DNA of 64,000 bases. Source: Bacillota bacterium. Lineage in GTDB: Bacteria; Bacillota; Clostridia; Christensenellales; UBA1431. How positions within the stretch are numbered: the stretch's first letter is position 1; each line of letters begins with the position of its first letter. The notes under the pieces were generated by a model. The model was not told where the DNA came from and did no database searches. It was given only the letters and a program-made list of their open reading frames with translations. The position numbers were made by a program, and so were the translations under genes. Location of the stretch: the NCBI GenBank assembly GCA_049324235.1, contig JBMOLJ010000056.1:9229-73228 (forward strand). The letters run 5' to 3'. Of this stretch, positions 21,401 through 29,968 are shown in pieces.

Positions 21401-21910
21401 ATGTCTTATCAGGAAAAGAAAACGATCGTATCCGTTTTGACCGGAGTGTTGCTTTTGGCAGCTTATTGCATCTATGCTTTCGGCAGGGCCTTTCCAGGCA
21501 TGGCCGCCCCGGATGATATCAAATTTTGGGCAACAACAATACTGATATTTATCGGTATCGGGGTTGTCGCTTCAATCGTCATTCAAATCGTATTTCACAT
21601 TCTGCTTTCCATAGCCGTTGCTGTCAAGGAACAATTGCACACCGGCAAATGCGATGGTAAGGAAGTCGAAAAAACAATTGAACTGGAAATGGTTGAAGAC
21701 GAAATGGATAAGCTGATCGGTCTCAAATCGATGCGGATAAGTTTTGCCATCGCGGGCATTGGATTTATCGCGGCGCTGGTATCGCTGGTATTGAATTTTT
21801 CAGCCGCGGTGATGCTTAACATTATATTTATCTCTTTCAGCCTCGGTACGATAATTGAAGGCATTGCCCAACTATACTTTTATAGAAGGGGGATCCATCA
21901 TGGGAAATAA
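21401..21910 (+). CDS. Four-TM membrane protein, unknown function
   Basis: Hydrophobic segments flank an acidic loop (KEVEKTIELEMVEDEMDKL). The ATG at 21401 is spaced 9 nt from AAAGGAG. The stop overlaps the start of the next gene. Confidence 0.6.
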   Translation: MSYQEKKTIVSVLTGVLLLAAYCIYAFGRAFPGMAAPDDIKFWATTILIFIGIGVVASIVIQIVFHILLSIAVAVKEQLHTGKCDGKEVEKTIELEMVEDEMDKLIGLKSMRISFAIAGIGFIAALVSLVLNFSAAVMLNIIFISFSLGTIIEGIAQLYFYRRGIHHGK

Positions 21911-22127
21911 AATTAAAATCACGAACAACATCCGAAAGCTGCGCTTTTTTGCCCATGAGATGACGCAACAGGAGCTTGCCGAAAAAGCAGGGGTTTCCAG
22001 GCAGACCATAATTGCGATTGAAGCAGGCAAGTATTCGCCTTCTCTGGAGTTGGCATTTCGGATTGCCAATGCATTCGGTGTAAAACTCGCAGAAGTCTTT
22101 GATTATGAAAAGAAAGAGGATAAGTAA
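21900..22127 (+). CDS. XRE-family helix-turn-helix transcriptional regulator
   Basis: MTQQELAEKAGVSRQTIIAIEAGKYSPSLELAFRIANAF. ATG at 21900 overlaps the upstream stop (ATGGGAAATAA). Confidence 0.88.
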   Translation: MGNKIKITNNIRKLRFFAHEMTQQELAEKAGVSRQTIIAIEAGKYSPSLELAFRIANAFGVKLAEVFDYEKKEDK

Positions 22128-22128
22128 A

Positions 22129-22596
22129 ATGAAAAGCTTGATAGTGCTGTATTCATACCACCACAATAATACCAGAAAAGCAGCCGTGGCTATCGCCGAT
22201 GTTATCGGAGCGGCTATTAAAAACCCAATGGAAACGAACGGGAACGAACTGAAGGAATACAATCTTATAGGCTTTGGTTCAGGGATCGACAGCGGAAAAC
22301 ACTACAGGGAGCTGCTGGATTTTGCTGATCAACTATCACCTGTTGACGGCAAAAGATGCTTTATTTTCTCAACAAGCGCGATACAGGGAAATAAAAAAAC
22401 AGCAAAAGACCACGCCCTGCTAAGAGAAACATTGCAATCAAAAGGTTATAAAGTAGTTGGTGAATTTAGCTGCAAGGGCTTTAATACGAACAGTTTTCTC
22501 AAATATTTCGGCGGGATGAATAAAGGCAGGCCGAACGATGAGGATATTAAAAATGCGCGGAAATTCGCTTCAAAGCTAATGCAATGTGAATCCTGA
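22129..22596 (+). CDS. Flavodoxin-family protein
   Basis: MKSLIVLYSYHHNNTRKAA...IGFGSGI... flavodoxin-like fold signature. Starts 1 nt after the XRE stop. Confidence 0.7.
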   Translation: MKSLIVLYSYHHNNTRKAAVAIADVIGAAIKNPMETNGNELKEYNLIGFGSGIDSGKHYRELLDFADQLSPVDGKRCFIFSTSAIQGNKKTAKDHALLRETLQSKGYKVVGEFSCKGFNTNSFLKYFGGMNKGRPNDEDIKNARKFASKLMQCES

Positions 22597-22617
22597 TTTG
22601 CATGAGAGGTAATCATC

Positions 22618-23028
22618 GTGATAAAAATACTCGTTTCTTTTGGGAGCATTTGCACAACTGCATTCGGTATCTGGCACTTCTTTGTGCCAAAGCTATGGGA
22701 ATGGTATTCCTACATCTATCCGCAGGCGACGGAGCTTGTACTGGCCGTCCGCGCCATCAATGTGTTTTTTTCGCTGTGCCTGGTACTGGTTGGCTCTGCC
22801 AACATGCTTTTTGTATACTTTTCGCCAAACCGTTTTTCACTAATCGTCATGCTGGCCATATCGGCGATATTGTGGGGGGTCCGGTGCCTTTTCCAGATCA
22901 TCTGCCCTCAGGGTACCGCTAACCCCCTGTTGCAGTATGGCATGCTGTCTGCGTTTATATTAATCTTTATATGCTTTTTGACTTCTTTGCTGCTTGTAAT
23001 ATTTAAGGAACCAACCGGGATACGCTGA
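22618..23028 (+). CDS. Small four-TM membrane protein, unknown function
   Basis: GTG start with GAGAGG RBS. Hydrophobic throughout. No recognisable motif. Confidence 0.5.
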   Translation: MIKILVSFGSICTTAFGIWHFFVPKLWEWYSYIYPQATELVLAVRAINVFFSLCLVLVGSANMLFVYFSPNRFSLIVMLAISAILWGVRCLFQIICPQGTANPLLQYGMLSAFILIFICFLTSLLLVIFKEPTGIR

Positions 23029-23170
23029 CAGCCGTCATTTAAAAGAGGATATGGAAACTTACCCATGCTGCCGTACAAGGGTAAGCCGTTGCTCCAGAAT
23101 GCATTTTTAATGATATGACCCGGACCGCGACTGTTTATAGCCGGTACTTCCCAAAATGTCATCTGCTCTC

Positions 23171-23677
23171 CTACGCCTTGACCAGTATCTGCGTAACTTC
23201 CGCGATGTAGAGCGTATGATGATCGGCTTTGGGATACCATTTTTCGTTCAACTCTTCCGTTATAAAGCACTCCGGCCTGAACCCCTGCGCATAGAGTTTT
23301 TTGCAGATGATCGCCGCCTCCGCCTCCTCAAAATAGGGCGTAGGGCCGCTGTGCAAAACGGTCAGGCCTGATTTCTGTATCTTGTCTTCGTCCCTACCGG
23401 AAACGGTTCCCATATACCCGAGCATCTTCTTGAAACCAGCGTCAAAAAACGTCAGGGAAAACGTTTCCGCATCATCGATAAAGCCCTTCGTATACCGCTG
23501 CGGACGGATAACTATGAAGGCGACGTTTTTCTCCCACATAAACCCCAGTCCGCCCCAGGCCGCGGTCATCGCGTTCGCTTTGCCGCCTTTTTCGGCGGTG
23601 ATCAGCATCCAGTCGCTGCCCATCGTAAAAGGGCTGCGTTTAAACTCCAGAGGTTTGACTTCAATAAATTTAGACAT
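23171..23677 (-). CDS. Flavin reductase-like (FMN-binding split barrel) protein
   Basis: GSDWMLITAEKGGKANAMTAAWGGLG...VIRPQRYT. ATG at 23677 with AAGGAG RBS. Confidence 0.75.
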   Translation of the reverse strand: MSKFIEVKPLEFKRSPFTMGSDWMLITAEKGGKANAMTAAWGGLGFMWEKNVAFIVIRPQRYTKGFIDDAETFSLTFFDAGFKKMLGYMGTVSGRDEDKIQKSGLTVLHSGPTPYFEEAEAAIICKKLYAQGFRPECFITEELNEKWYPKADHHTLYIAEVTQILVKA

Positions 23678-23753
23678 AAAAATCTCCTTTAACGTTATGG
23701 CGGACTTACCGTCCGCTGCACATTTCAAATAAACGGGTCAAGCGTTCCCTGCA

Positions 23754-24308
23754 TTAAGCATATTCATGATTCCCCTTTGATACCAACGGTTTCCGGTAGA
23801 TTTCGGTATAGGTGAGCCTCCCGCCTGTCCGTTCGGATTTCATCAGGCTGATATGCCCGACGCGCATGCTTTGGCGCGGTACGCCTTTGGCGAATTCCGA
23901 CTCGTCGAAGTCCGGCGGCGCCGCAACGTTGCGGCCAAGTGTGATATGGGGGCTTAAATCCCTCTCTTCCGTTTCAAAGCCCTGCTTTTCCAGCGCGCCG
24001 CAAAGCTTGGCATACAGCGCCGCAAGCGCCATGCTCTTTTCCACGCCCACCCAGTAGATGCACTTACCGCCCCGCTTGAATTTGCCGAATCCGCCAATGG
24101 AAAGTTCAAACGGCAGGGCTTCAACCGCATCCATCGCCCGCTTCACCGCCTCTGCCCTGTCGGTCTCCCCGATAAACACCAGCGTCAGATGCAGGTTCTC
24201 CCTGTGCGTGAAGCTCCCCTGCGCTGCGGCTTGCTTCAGTTTTATAACGCTATTGTGGAGGCTGTTTTTTATCTCGTCGGTGAAATTTACGGCGATAAAA
24301 AGACGCAT
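23754..24308 (-). CDS. thpR: RNA 2',3'-cyclic phosphodiesterase (2H phosphoesterase, ThpR/LigT)
   Basis: MRLFIAVNF..., two HxT/S motifs (HLTLVFIGE and HITLGR). Confidence 0.88.
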   Translation of the reverse strand: MRLFIAVNFTDEIKNSLHNSVIKLKQAAAQGSFTHRENLHLTLVFIGETDRAEAVKRAMDAVEALPFELSIGGFGKFKRGGKCIYWVGVEKSMALAALYAKLCGALEKQGFETEERDLSPHITLGRNVAAPPDFDESEFAKGVPRQSMRVGHISLMKSERTGGRLTYTEIYRKPLVSKGNHEYA

Positions 24309-24401
24309 GTTTCCTGCCTTTCGATCTGCATACTTGATACCACGATTATAAAGCAAATGCCGCGTCAGGACAAATACCTTTCGCTAAGAGGCGGCGTATG
24401 C

Positions 24402-24938
24402 TCAGCCGGTCAGGCTCCTGAACAGCGCTATAAAATCGCTTTCAACGCTTTCAAACTCCCTTTGCGAAAAATCGTGTTCCATGGATACCGCAGGGGGTTC
24501 CTCCCATATGGCTACGCCTGCCAGGGCCATGAACTCATGGTAGAGCAGGGCGTCGTCGATCTCTTCGATCTGCCGGAGTTCTTGCTGCGACAGGCCGTCA
24601 AGGCCAAACCTGAAAAAAATGGCGCGCTGGAGCTTTTCTTCAATCTGGTAATACGCGGGCAGGTTACGTTTAACCGGCCTCGTCAGGTCGGATATGTAGC
24701 ATTCGCTCGCGTCGTGCAAAAGGCAGCCCAGCCGCACCTTTGCCGAACACCCCCTTTGCTCCGCCTCCCTGCAGCAGTTGACCGAATGCTGTGCGACCGA
24801 ATAAAAATGCGGGATATGCCCGTTGGCCCGCGTCATCAGCGACAAAGCGTGCGCGATATCCTCTATGACAATGTCTTCATGCGCCGGCTCAAGCGGATTG
24901 AATATGATCTTCGAATAGGTCAGTATACAGTCAGCCAT
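24402..24938 (-). CDS. HD-domain phosphohydrolase
   Basis: SVAQHSV...LLHDASECYISDLTRPVK (H...HD...D pattern). AAAGGAG RBS. Confidence 0.8.
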   Translation of the reverse strand: MADCILTYSKIIFNPLEPAHEDIVIEDIAHALSLMTRANGHIPHFYSVAQHSVNCCREAEQRGCSAKVRLGCLLHDASECYISDLTRPVKRNLPAYYQIEEKLQRAIFFRFGLDGLSQQELRQIEEIDDALLYHEFMALAGVAIWEEPPAVSMEHDFSQREFESVESDFIALFRSLTG

Positions 24939-24976
24939 GTTTCTCCTTTCAATGATGTACTATTGTCCTAGTACGC

Positions 24977-25831
24977 TCATACAACGGGATCGGCCGCACG
25001 CGTGAACACCTTTCCCTTGCAGTACCTGCACGCCGTATTGTAGTGGACCATCCCCGTGTAGCTGCTTTCCCTGCCGAGCAGTCCGTTAGGGCGAAGCATC
25101 TCCTTGATCTTCGCATCCAGTCTTTGGATCGCGTCCTTCTTCGACCACGGCCCGAATACCACCGTCATGCCTTCGATTGTCCCAGGAGCGAACTTCACCG
25201 CGATTCTGCCCAGTTGCTGACGGTTTTCAAATTGGATGCGCAGCCTTGCTTCGTTTTCGTAATGCCACGCGTCGTTTTTTATAAAGCCCGTCAGTATGGC
25301 CGAACTGTTTATATTTTTTAACGCGTGGTTTTCCTCCGTTACCCTGACGATTTCGTTGTACCGTTTCACCATCATCCCCGCGGGTTCGCCGACATACGCA
25401 ACATCGGTGAGTACGGCTTCGCTTTGCGCATCAATCGCCGTATAGGTTCCATCGTTTTCTATCCTGTAAATCTGCGTCATGCTTTGCAGCCATTCGAGCA
25501 TCTGCTTTCTGGGAATCGAAATGCATACGCCATCCTCCCAGGGCAGGGAGTACAGCCCCCACATCGCCATGTTCTCATTTTGCCCGTAAGCAAAGCTTCC
25601 GATAAATGTGTTTTCCCATACTTCGGGGCAACCCTTTTGCACTTCCTGCCTGTCATTCATCCTGTCCCCTTTGGACAGGTGGAAGTACCCGGACGCGATC
25701 ATCCCGATCAGCCCCGCAAAGTTCGTGTAATGCATGTACTGCCTGTGATTCTTCCCTTTGGTAATAAGATACTGTCTTAATTCCTCAGGATTCGAGATGT
25801 CTTTCATCTGTTTTGCTTTGTTTTCGCTCAT
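24977..25831 (-). CDS. DUF2971-family protein, unknown function
   Basis: The core MHYTNFAGLIGMIASGYFHLSKGDRMNDRQE matches the HYT...l..il...l.ls....NDxxE signature of DUF2971. Recognition is from memory of the family pattern. Confidence 0.65.
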   Translation of the reverse strand: MSENKAKQMKDISNPEELRQYLITKGKNHRQYMHYTNFAGLIGMIASGYFHLSKGDRMNDRQEVQKGCPEVWENTFIGSFAYGQNENMAMWGLYSLPWEDGVCISIPRKQMLEWLQSMTQIYRIENDGTYTAIDAQSEAVLTDVAYVGEPAGMMVKRYNEIVRVTEENHALKNINSSAILTGFIKNDAWHYENEARLRIQFENRQQLGRIAVKFAPGTIEGMTVVFGPWSKKDAIQRLDAKIKEMLRPNGLLGRESSYTGMVHYNTACRYCKGKVFTRAADPVV

Positions 25832-25905
25832 GTGCCCTACCTTTTTGTCTTTGACAACGTCTTCTTACCATGATACCGGAAAAGCCGTCCAGAAGTACGG
25901 ACACC

Positions 25906-26883
25906 TTATTCGTACAGGGCGCAGACCGCGGCGGCCAGTTCCTTCATTTTTTCGGCAACACTCCCGGGAGATTCGATTTTCACCTTGTCGCCGAACTGGA
26001 ACAGCCATGCGAGGAATACGGGGCTGACCTGTACGTTCAGGCTGGCGGCAAAATGCCCGTCACCGGCAGGAGACAAAACAACGTCCCTGCCGAACCGGTC
26101 GATAACCACGCCGATGAGCGATGCGTCGAACACCACGCGCACCGATTCCTGTTCGCCGGTAAACATCCCGAAGACGCGTTTGGCATATTCTGCGGCGTTG
26201 AGGTTTTTATCCTGCTCCTTGCGGGGCTGCTCCGTCACGGTAAGCTGGGCCATTTTATCCACCCTGAAATGGGCAAGAGAGCCGTAGCGCTCGTGATACG
26301 CCACCAGATAATAGTTTTCGTCGTACCATGAAAGCATGTACGGGCTTACACAGTATACTTCTCCCTGGCGCCTGAATTGCATCCTTTTATTCGCCGTATA
26401 TTCATAGTATTTGAAACAGATCTGCCTGTCAGAAAGGATCGCCCTGAAGATTTCGTCCACATTATAATAGATGCTCTCGTTCATGGACTTCACGCGTCCA
26501 ATGACGTATACCTGCCGCGCAAGCTTTTTGGCCTGTTCCCTGCTGGTCAGGCTCTCCAGTTTTTTGATCAGCTCGTTCGATTTCCTGTGTGTGATGAATT
26601 TGGAGCACTGTACGGCGTCAACCAGCAGTTTCAGCTCCGGGAGCTCAAACAGGCGGCTCCCGACGAAGTAGTTGTGCGTCCTGGTCTTGCGGCTCACGAT
26701 ATCCATGCCGATGCGGCGCAGTATGTCAATATCGTCGTAGATGGATTTGCGCTCGGCGCAGATGCCGTAACCGCTGAGCTTTTCGATCATTTGCGGTACG
26801 GTAAGCGTGTTTTCCTCATCGGTCTGCTCCAATATCTTCATAAGATACAGCAGTTTCAGCTTTGAATTCGCGCGTTCAGCCAT
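25906..26883 (-). CDS. WYL-domain transcriptional regulator (wHTH-WYL-WCX)
   Basis: N-terminal KLKLLYLMKILEQTDEENTLTVPQMIEKL..., helical linker, and a central YCVSPYMLSWYDENYYLVAYHERYGSLAHFRVDKM WYL-like core. ATG at 26883 with GGAGG RBS. Confidence 0.8.
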   Translation of the reverse strand: MAERANSKLKLLYLMKILEQTDEENTLTVPQMIEKLSGYGICAERKSIYDDIDILRRIGMDIVSRKTRTHNYFVGSRLFELPELKLLVDAVQCSKFITHRKSNELIKKLESLTSREQAKKLARQVYVIGRVKSMNESIYYNVDEIFRAILSDRQICFKYYEYTANKRMQFRRQGEVYCVSPYMLSWYDENYYLVAYHERYGSLAHFRVDKMAQLTVTEQPRKEQDKNLNAAEYAKRVFGMFTGEQESVRVVFDASLIGVVIDRFGRDVVLSPAGDGHFAASLNVQVSPVFLAWLFQFGDKVKIESPGSVAEKMKELAAAVCALYE

Positions 26884-27014
26884 ACAATTCCTCCGAACGG
26901 TAAATTTGTAAAGCACACCGTGAAACGTGTCATTGTAATATTTTCCATTTTTATACATAATCCTTTTTTAATTTTAATGAATTTATTCGATTATCCTTAC
27001 CATGGAAATACCCC

Positions 27015-27054
27015 ATAAAAACAACAGCCATTGCGCTTCCGTACACAATGGCTG
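27015..27054 (-). terminator. Terminator after the peroxiredoxin gene
   Basis: Minus-strand CAGCCATTG-...-CAATGGCTG followed by TTGTTTTTA. Confidence 0.75.
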
Positions 27055-27108
27055 TCTGCCTTTAAGGAACCTGTCCCCTAATAAGCGTTTTTCTGTTTTG
27101 CGCCGACC

Positions 27109-27798
27109 TCAAGGCTGCTTTTCCATAGTGTGCGGCAGCGGTTTGTAGCAGAACCACCAGTCCAGGCATTGCATCTCTCCGCGTTTTTGCTGTTCATAGC
27201 GTTCATTTTTTTCCTTGACCGTATTTGCCGGAGGTATGATGACGTCGCTGCCGACCATATTGTTTTTGGGCCAGTTTTCGGGTGTCGCAACATTATACAT
27301 GGTTGCTGTCTGCAAAGCGTTTACCGAACGCCATATTTCCGAGATATTCCTGCCGATTTCCTGCGGATAGTATAATATCTGCCGTATTATGCTCTTATCG
27401 TCAACCACGAATACCCCGCGTACCGGCCGTGTGCCTTTATGCGGATGGATCATCCCGAGCTTATCTGCAAATCCACCCAGCGGATCGGCAATAATCGGGA
27501 ACGTAATATCAACCCCCGTATTGTCTTTTATCCATTCGATCCATTTCAAGTGCGCGTACACCTGATCGACGGACAAGCCGATCAATTCCGTGTTCATCTT
27601 CTGAAAATGCGCTTTCCATTGTTCAAAAGATACGAATTCCGTTGTACAGACGGGCGTAAAATCGCCCGGATGGCTGAAAAGTATGAACCATTTGCCGCTG
27701 TAATCATCCGGGAGCGTCTTTTGACCGAGCGTGGTATGTACGGTTACCTGTGGAAAGCGATCACCGATCGTCAGCTTTTTAGCCGCTTTATCTTCCAT
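27109..27798 (-). CDS. Peroxiredoxin (Prx6/1-Cys-like)
   Basis: [19 protein letters not shown] active-site motif, 229 aa. Confidence 0.9.
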   Translation of the reverse strand: MEDKAAKKLTIGDRFPQVTVHTTLGQKTLPDDYSGKWFILFSHPGDFTPVCTTEFVSFEQWKAHFQKMNTELIGLSVDQVYAHLKWIEWIKDNTGVDITFPIIADPLGGFADKLGMIHPHKGTRPVRGVFVVDDKSIIRQILYYPQEIGRNISEIWRSVNALQTATMYNVATPENWPKNNMVGSDVIIPPANTVKEKNERYEQQKRGEMQCLDWWFCYKPLPHTMEKQP

Positions 27799-27872
27799 AG
27801 CGCCTTTCCCTCCTCATCGAAGAATAGGCTACATCATATGCGTTTTCAAAGTCTATTGGGACCAGGCATTGC

Positions 27873-27903
27873 AAAAGCCCCCCGTTTAAAACGGGGGGCT
27901 TTT
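27873..27903 (-). terminator. Terminator downstream of tRNA-Glu
   Basis: AAAAGCCCCCCG-TTTAAAA-CGGGGGGCTTTT. Confidence 0.85.
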
Positions 27904-27907
27904 GATT

Positions 27908-27982
27908 TGGCACCTCCTAGGGGAATCGAACCCCTGATACCGCCGTGAGAGGGCGGCGTCCTAACCGCTAGACTAAGGAGGC
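27908..27982 (-). tRNA. tRNA-Glu (anticodon CUC), CCA encoded
   Basis: Hand-folded cloverleaf: GCCTCCT/AGGAGGT acceptor (G1-U72), anticodon arm CCGCC-CTCTCAC-GGCGG, T-arm AGGGG-TTCGATT-CCCCT, then GCCA. Confidence 0.9.
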
Positions 27983-28079
27983 ACAATGCGCACGACTAAG
28001 ATTTTACGATATTCGATGCTGATTTGTCAAGAGCTATACGCATATATTTTCTTCTGGCCGTGTCGCTTGTTAAAACATA

Positions 28080-28108
28080 GGAGTACGGGCGCCAAGCGCC
28101 CGTACTCC
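28080..28108 (-). terminator. Probable terminator after amt
   Basis: GGAGTACGGGCGC-caa-GCGCCCGTACTCC. The downstream tract on the minus strand is only moderately T-rich. Confidence 0.6.
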
Positions 28109-28131
28109 CAAGAATTCCGGAACACGCGAAA

Positions 28132-29364
28132 TTATGCCGAAGTGGGGTAGGCAGACTCGCCGTGTTCGGACTGATCCAGACCCAGTATCTCGTCGCTTTC
28201 CTCAACACGAACCTTCATGAAGAGGGAGATTACCTTGAATATGATGAATGTTGCAACTGCCGCCAGTGCGATGGTCACACCGATACCGATGAGCTGTGGC
28301 CCGATCAGGCTGCCACCGAAGAATACGCCTTCGTTGGTTACAAGCGGGTTCACCGCCGATGATGCGAACAACCCTGTCGCAATGCCTCCCCATATTCCGC
28401 CGATACCGTGGCAGCCAAACGCATCCAGCGCGTCGTCGTAGCCCAGCTTCTTCTTCAATACGCTCACGCCCAGCCAGCAAAGCGGGCTGACCACAAGGCC
28501 GATGACAATCGACGCCCAAACCGGAACAAAGCCTGCCGCCGGTGTAATTGCAACCAGGCCGACAACTACGCCTGTTGCGGCGCCCAATGCGGTGGGCTTT
28601 TTGCTTACAATGGCCTCAACCGCCATCCAGGACAGCATCGCCATAGCGGCCGCCGTAACCGTCGTAACCAGCGCGTGCGCCGCCAGACCGTTTGCGGCAA
28701 GCGCGCTACCCGCGTTGAATCCGATCCATCCAAACAACAGAAGCGCTGCGCCGATGAGCACGAACGGGATGTTGTGCGGCAGGATGCTCCCGAAGCTCTT
28801 GCGCTTCCCAAGCAGTATACAGGCGACCAGGCCCGATACGCCCGAACTGATGTGAACGACGTTTCCTCCTGCAAAGTCGAGCGCGCCGACGTTAAAGAGG
28901 AATCCGCCCGCACCCCATACCATGTGCGCCAGGGGGTAGTATACGATCAGCGACCATAAGCCAACGAAAACCAGCAACGCGCCGTAGCGCATCCTTTCAG
29001 CGAGCGCTCCCGTAATCAGTGCAGGCGTGATGACCGCAAACATCATCTGGAACGCCGCAAAGAGCATGTGCGGCAGCGTCGTGCCGTACGTCGAACTCGG
29101 GTCCATCCCTACTGTGTTGAATCCGGCCCAGTCAAGATTGCCGAAAATTCCTGCGATGTCCGGTCCGAACGCGATGGAATATCCGATCAGCACCCACATC
29201 ACGATCGCCAGACCAATGGTCCCGTACGACATCATCATCGTATTAAGCACGTTTTTCTGCCTTACCATACCGCCGTAGAAAAAAGCCAGCCCCGGCGTCA
29301 TGACCAATACCAATGCCGTGGCAACGATCAGCCACGCGGTATCGCCGGTGTTAATTTCAGGCAT
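28132..29364 (-). CDS. amt: Ammonium transporter (Amt family)
   Basis: DTAWLIVATALVLVMTPGLAFFYGGMVR, FQMMFAVITPALI, DFAGGNVVHISSG, DDALDAFGCHGIGGIWG. ATG at 29364 with GGGAG RBS. Confidence 0.95.
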   Translation of the reverse strand: MPEINTGDTAWLIVATALVLVMTPGLAFFYGGMVRQKNVLNTMMMSYGTIGLAIVMWVLIGYSIAFGPDIAGIFGNLDWAGFNTVGMDPSSTYGTTLPHMLFAAFQMMFAVITPALITGALAERMRYGALLVFVGLWSLIVYYPLAHMVWGAGGFLFNVGALDFAGGNVVHISSGVSGLVACILLGKRKSFGSILPHNIPFVLIGAALLLFGWIGFNAGSALAANGLAAHALVTTVTAAAMAMLSWMAVEAIVSKKPTALGAATGVVVGLVAITPAAGFVPVWASIVIGLVVSPLCWLGVSVLKKKLGYDDALDAFGCHGIGGIWGGIATGLFASSAVNPLVTNEGVFFGGSLIGPQLIGIGVTIALAAVATFIIFKVISLFMKVRVEESDEILGLDQSEHGESAYPTSA

Positions 29365-29451
29365 GTGTCTCACTCCCTTTTCCCATACAAAATGATTCCA
29401 AAATAACAAAAACGAACAAGAAGCAAAAAAATCACAGCCTCATTGCCCGTT

Positions 29452-29494
29452 TAACAAAAAAGCGCTTTAGGGGAAACATATTTTTCCCTAAAGC
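29452..29494 (-). terminator. Leader terminator/attenuator hairpin in the amt 5' UTR
   Basis: Minus strand GCTTTAGGGAAAAATATGTTTCCCCTAAAGC followed by GCTTTTTTGTT. Lies between the predicted promoter and the amt start. Confidence 0.6.
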
Positions 29495-29513
29495 ACCTTC
29501 GCCTATGCATTAA

Positions 29514-29542
29514 ATTATATGCACCCGTATAAAAAAAGTCAA
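29514..29542 (-). promoter_or_regulatory. SigmaA-type promoter for amt
   Basis: Minus strand TTGACT (29542-29537), 17-nt spacer, TATAAT (29519-29514). Confidence 0.6.
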
Positions 29543-29968
29543 TCCCTTTTTGCAGGATTTTGTTTCTATTCGTTCATTTTTTTTGCTTTTCTTTTCTGTT
29601 CAAAAAGGAAGCCTGGTTTTTTGATTCATCATAACAGAGCGCGGCTTTTGTGAAAAACACCCTTTTTTCGCAATACTGTGTTTTCAAAAGAAATTCTTTT
29701 CACATAACACTCCGTTTGTTTTCACACGTTCAACATATTCATGGGTTATTCTTATTACGCCAAACAGCTTATGTAGCCTGCACCCCGTTGGAAGGCTTTT
29801 GCAATTGTTTATAACTGGTTGGATTTCAGTGGATTTCCATTAAATTTTCACGTAAAAACAGGATGGAAGTCAAAACTAAAAACAACACGGCTGCGATAAA
29901 GCTAAAAACTGTTAGAATGCTTTGATTATTAAACTTCAATAACAAAAAACCATCGGAGGTATATTCTT

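Noticed and set aside
27908-27982. tRNA-Glu as the attachment site of a genomic island covering 21.2-27.9 kb.
   Set aside because: No integrase and no direct repeat of the tRNA 3' end were found by eye in the region. It is mentioned only as context in the WYL/DUF2971 finding.
29863-29922. 19-codon ORF (MEVKTKNNTAAIKLKTVRML) just upstream of the MacA-like gene, considered as a possible peptide substrate or leader peptide.
   Set aside because: It has no convincing RBS, no Cys/Gly-Gly leader features, and lies in an AT-rich region where short ORFs arise by chance.
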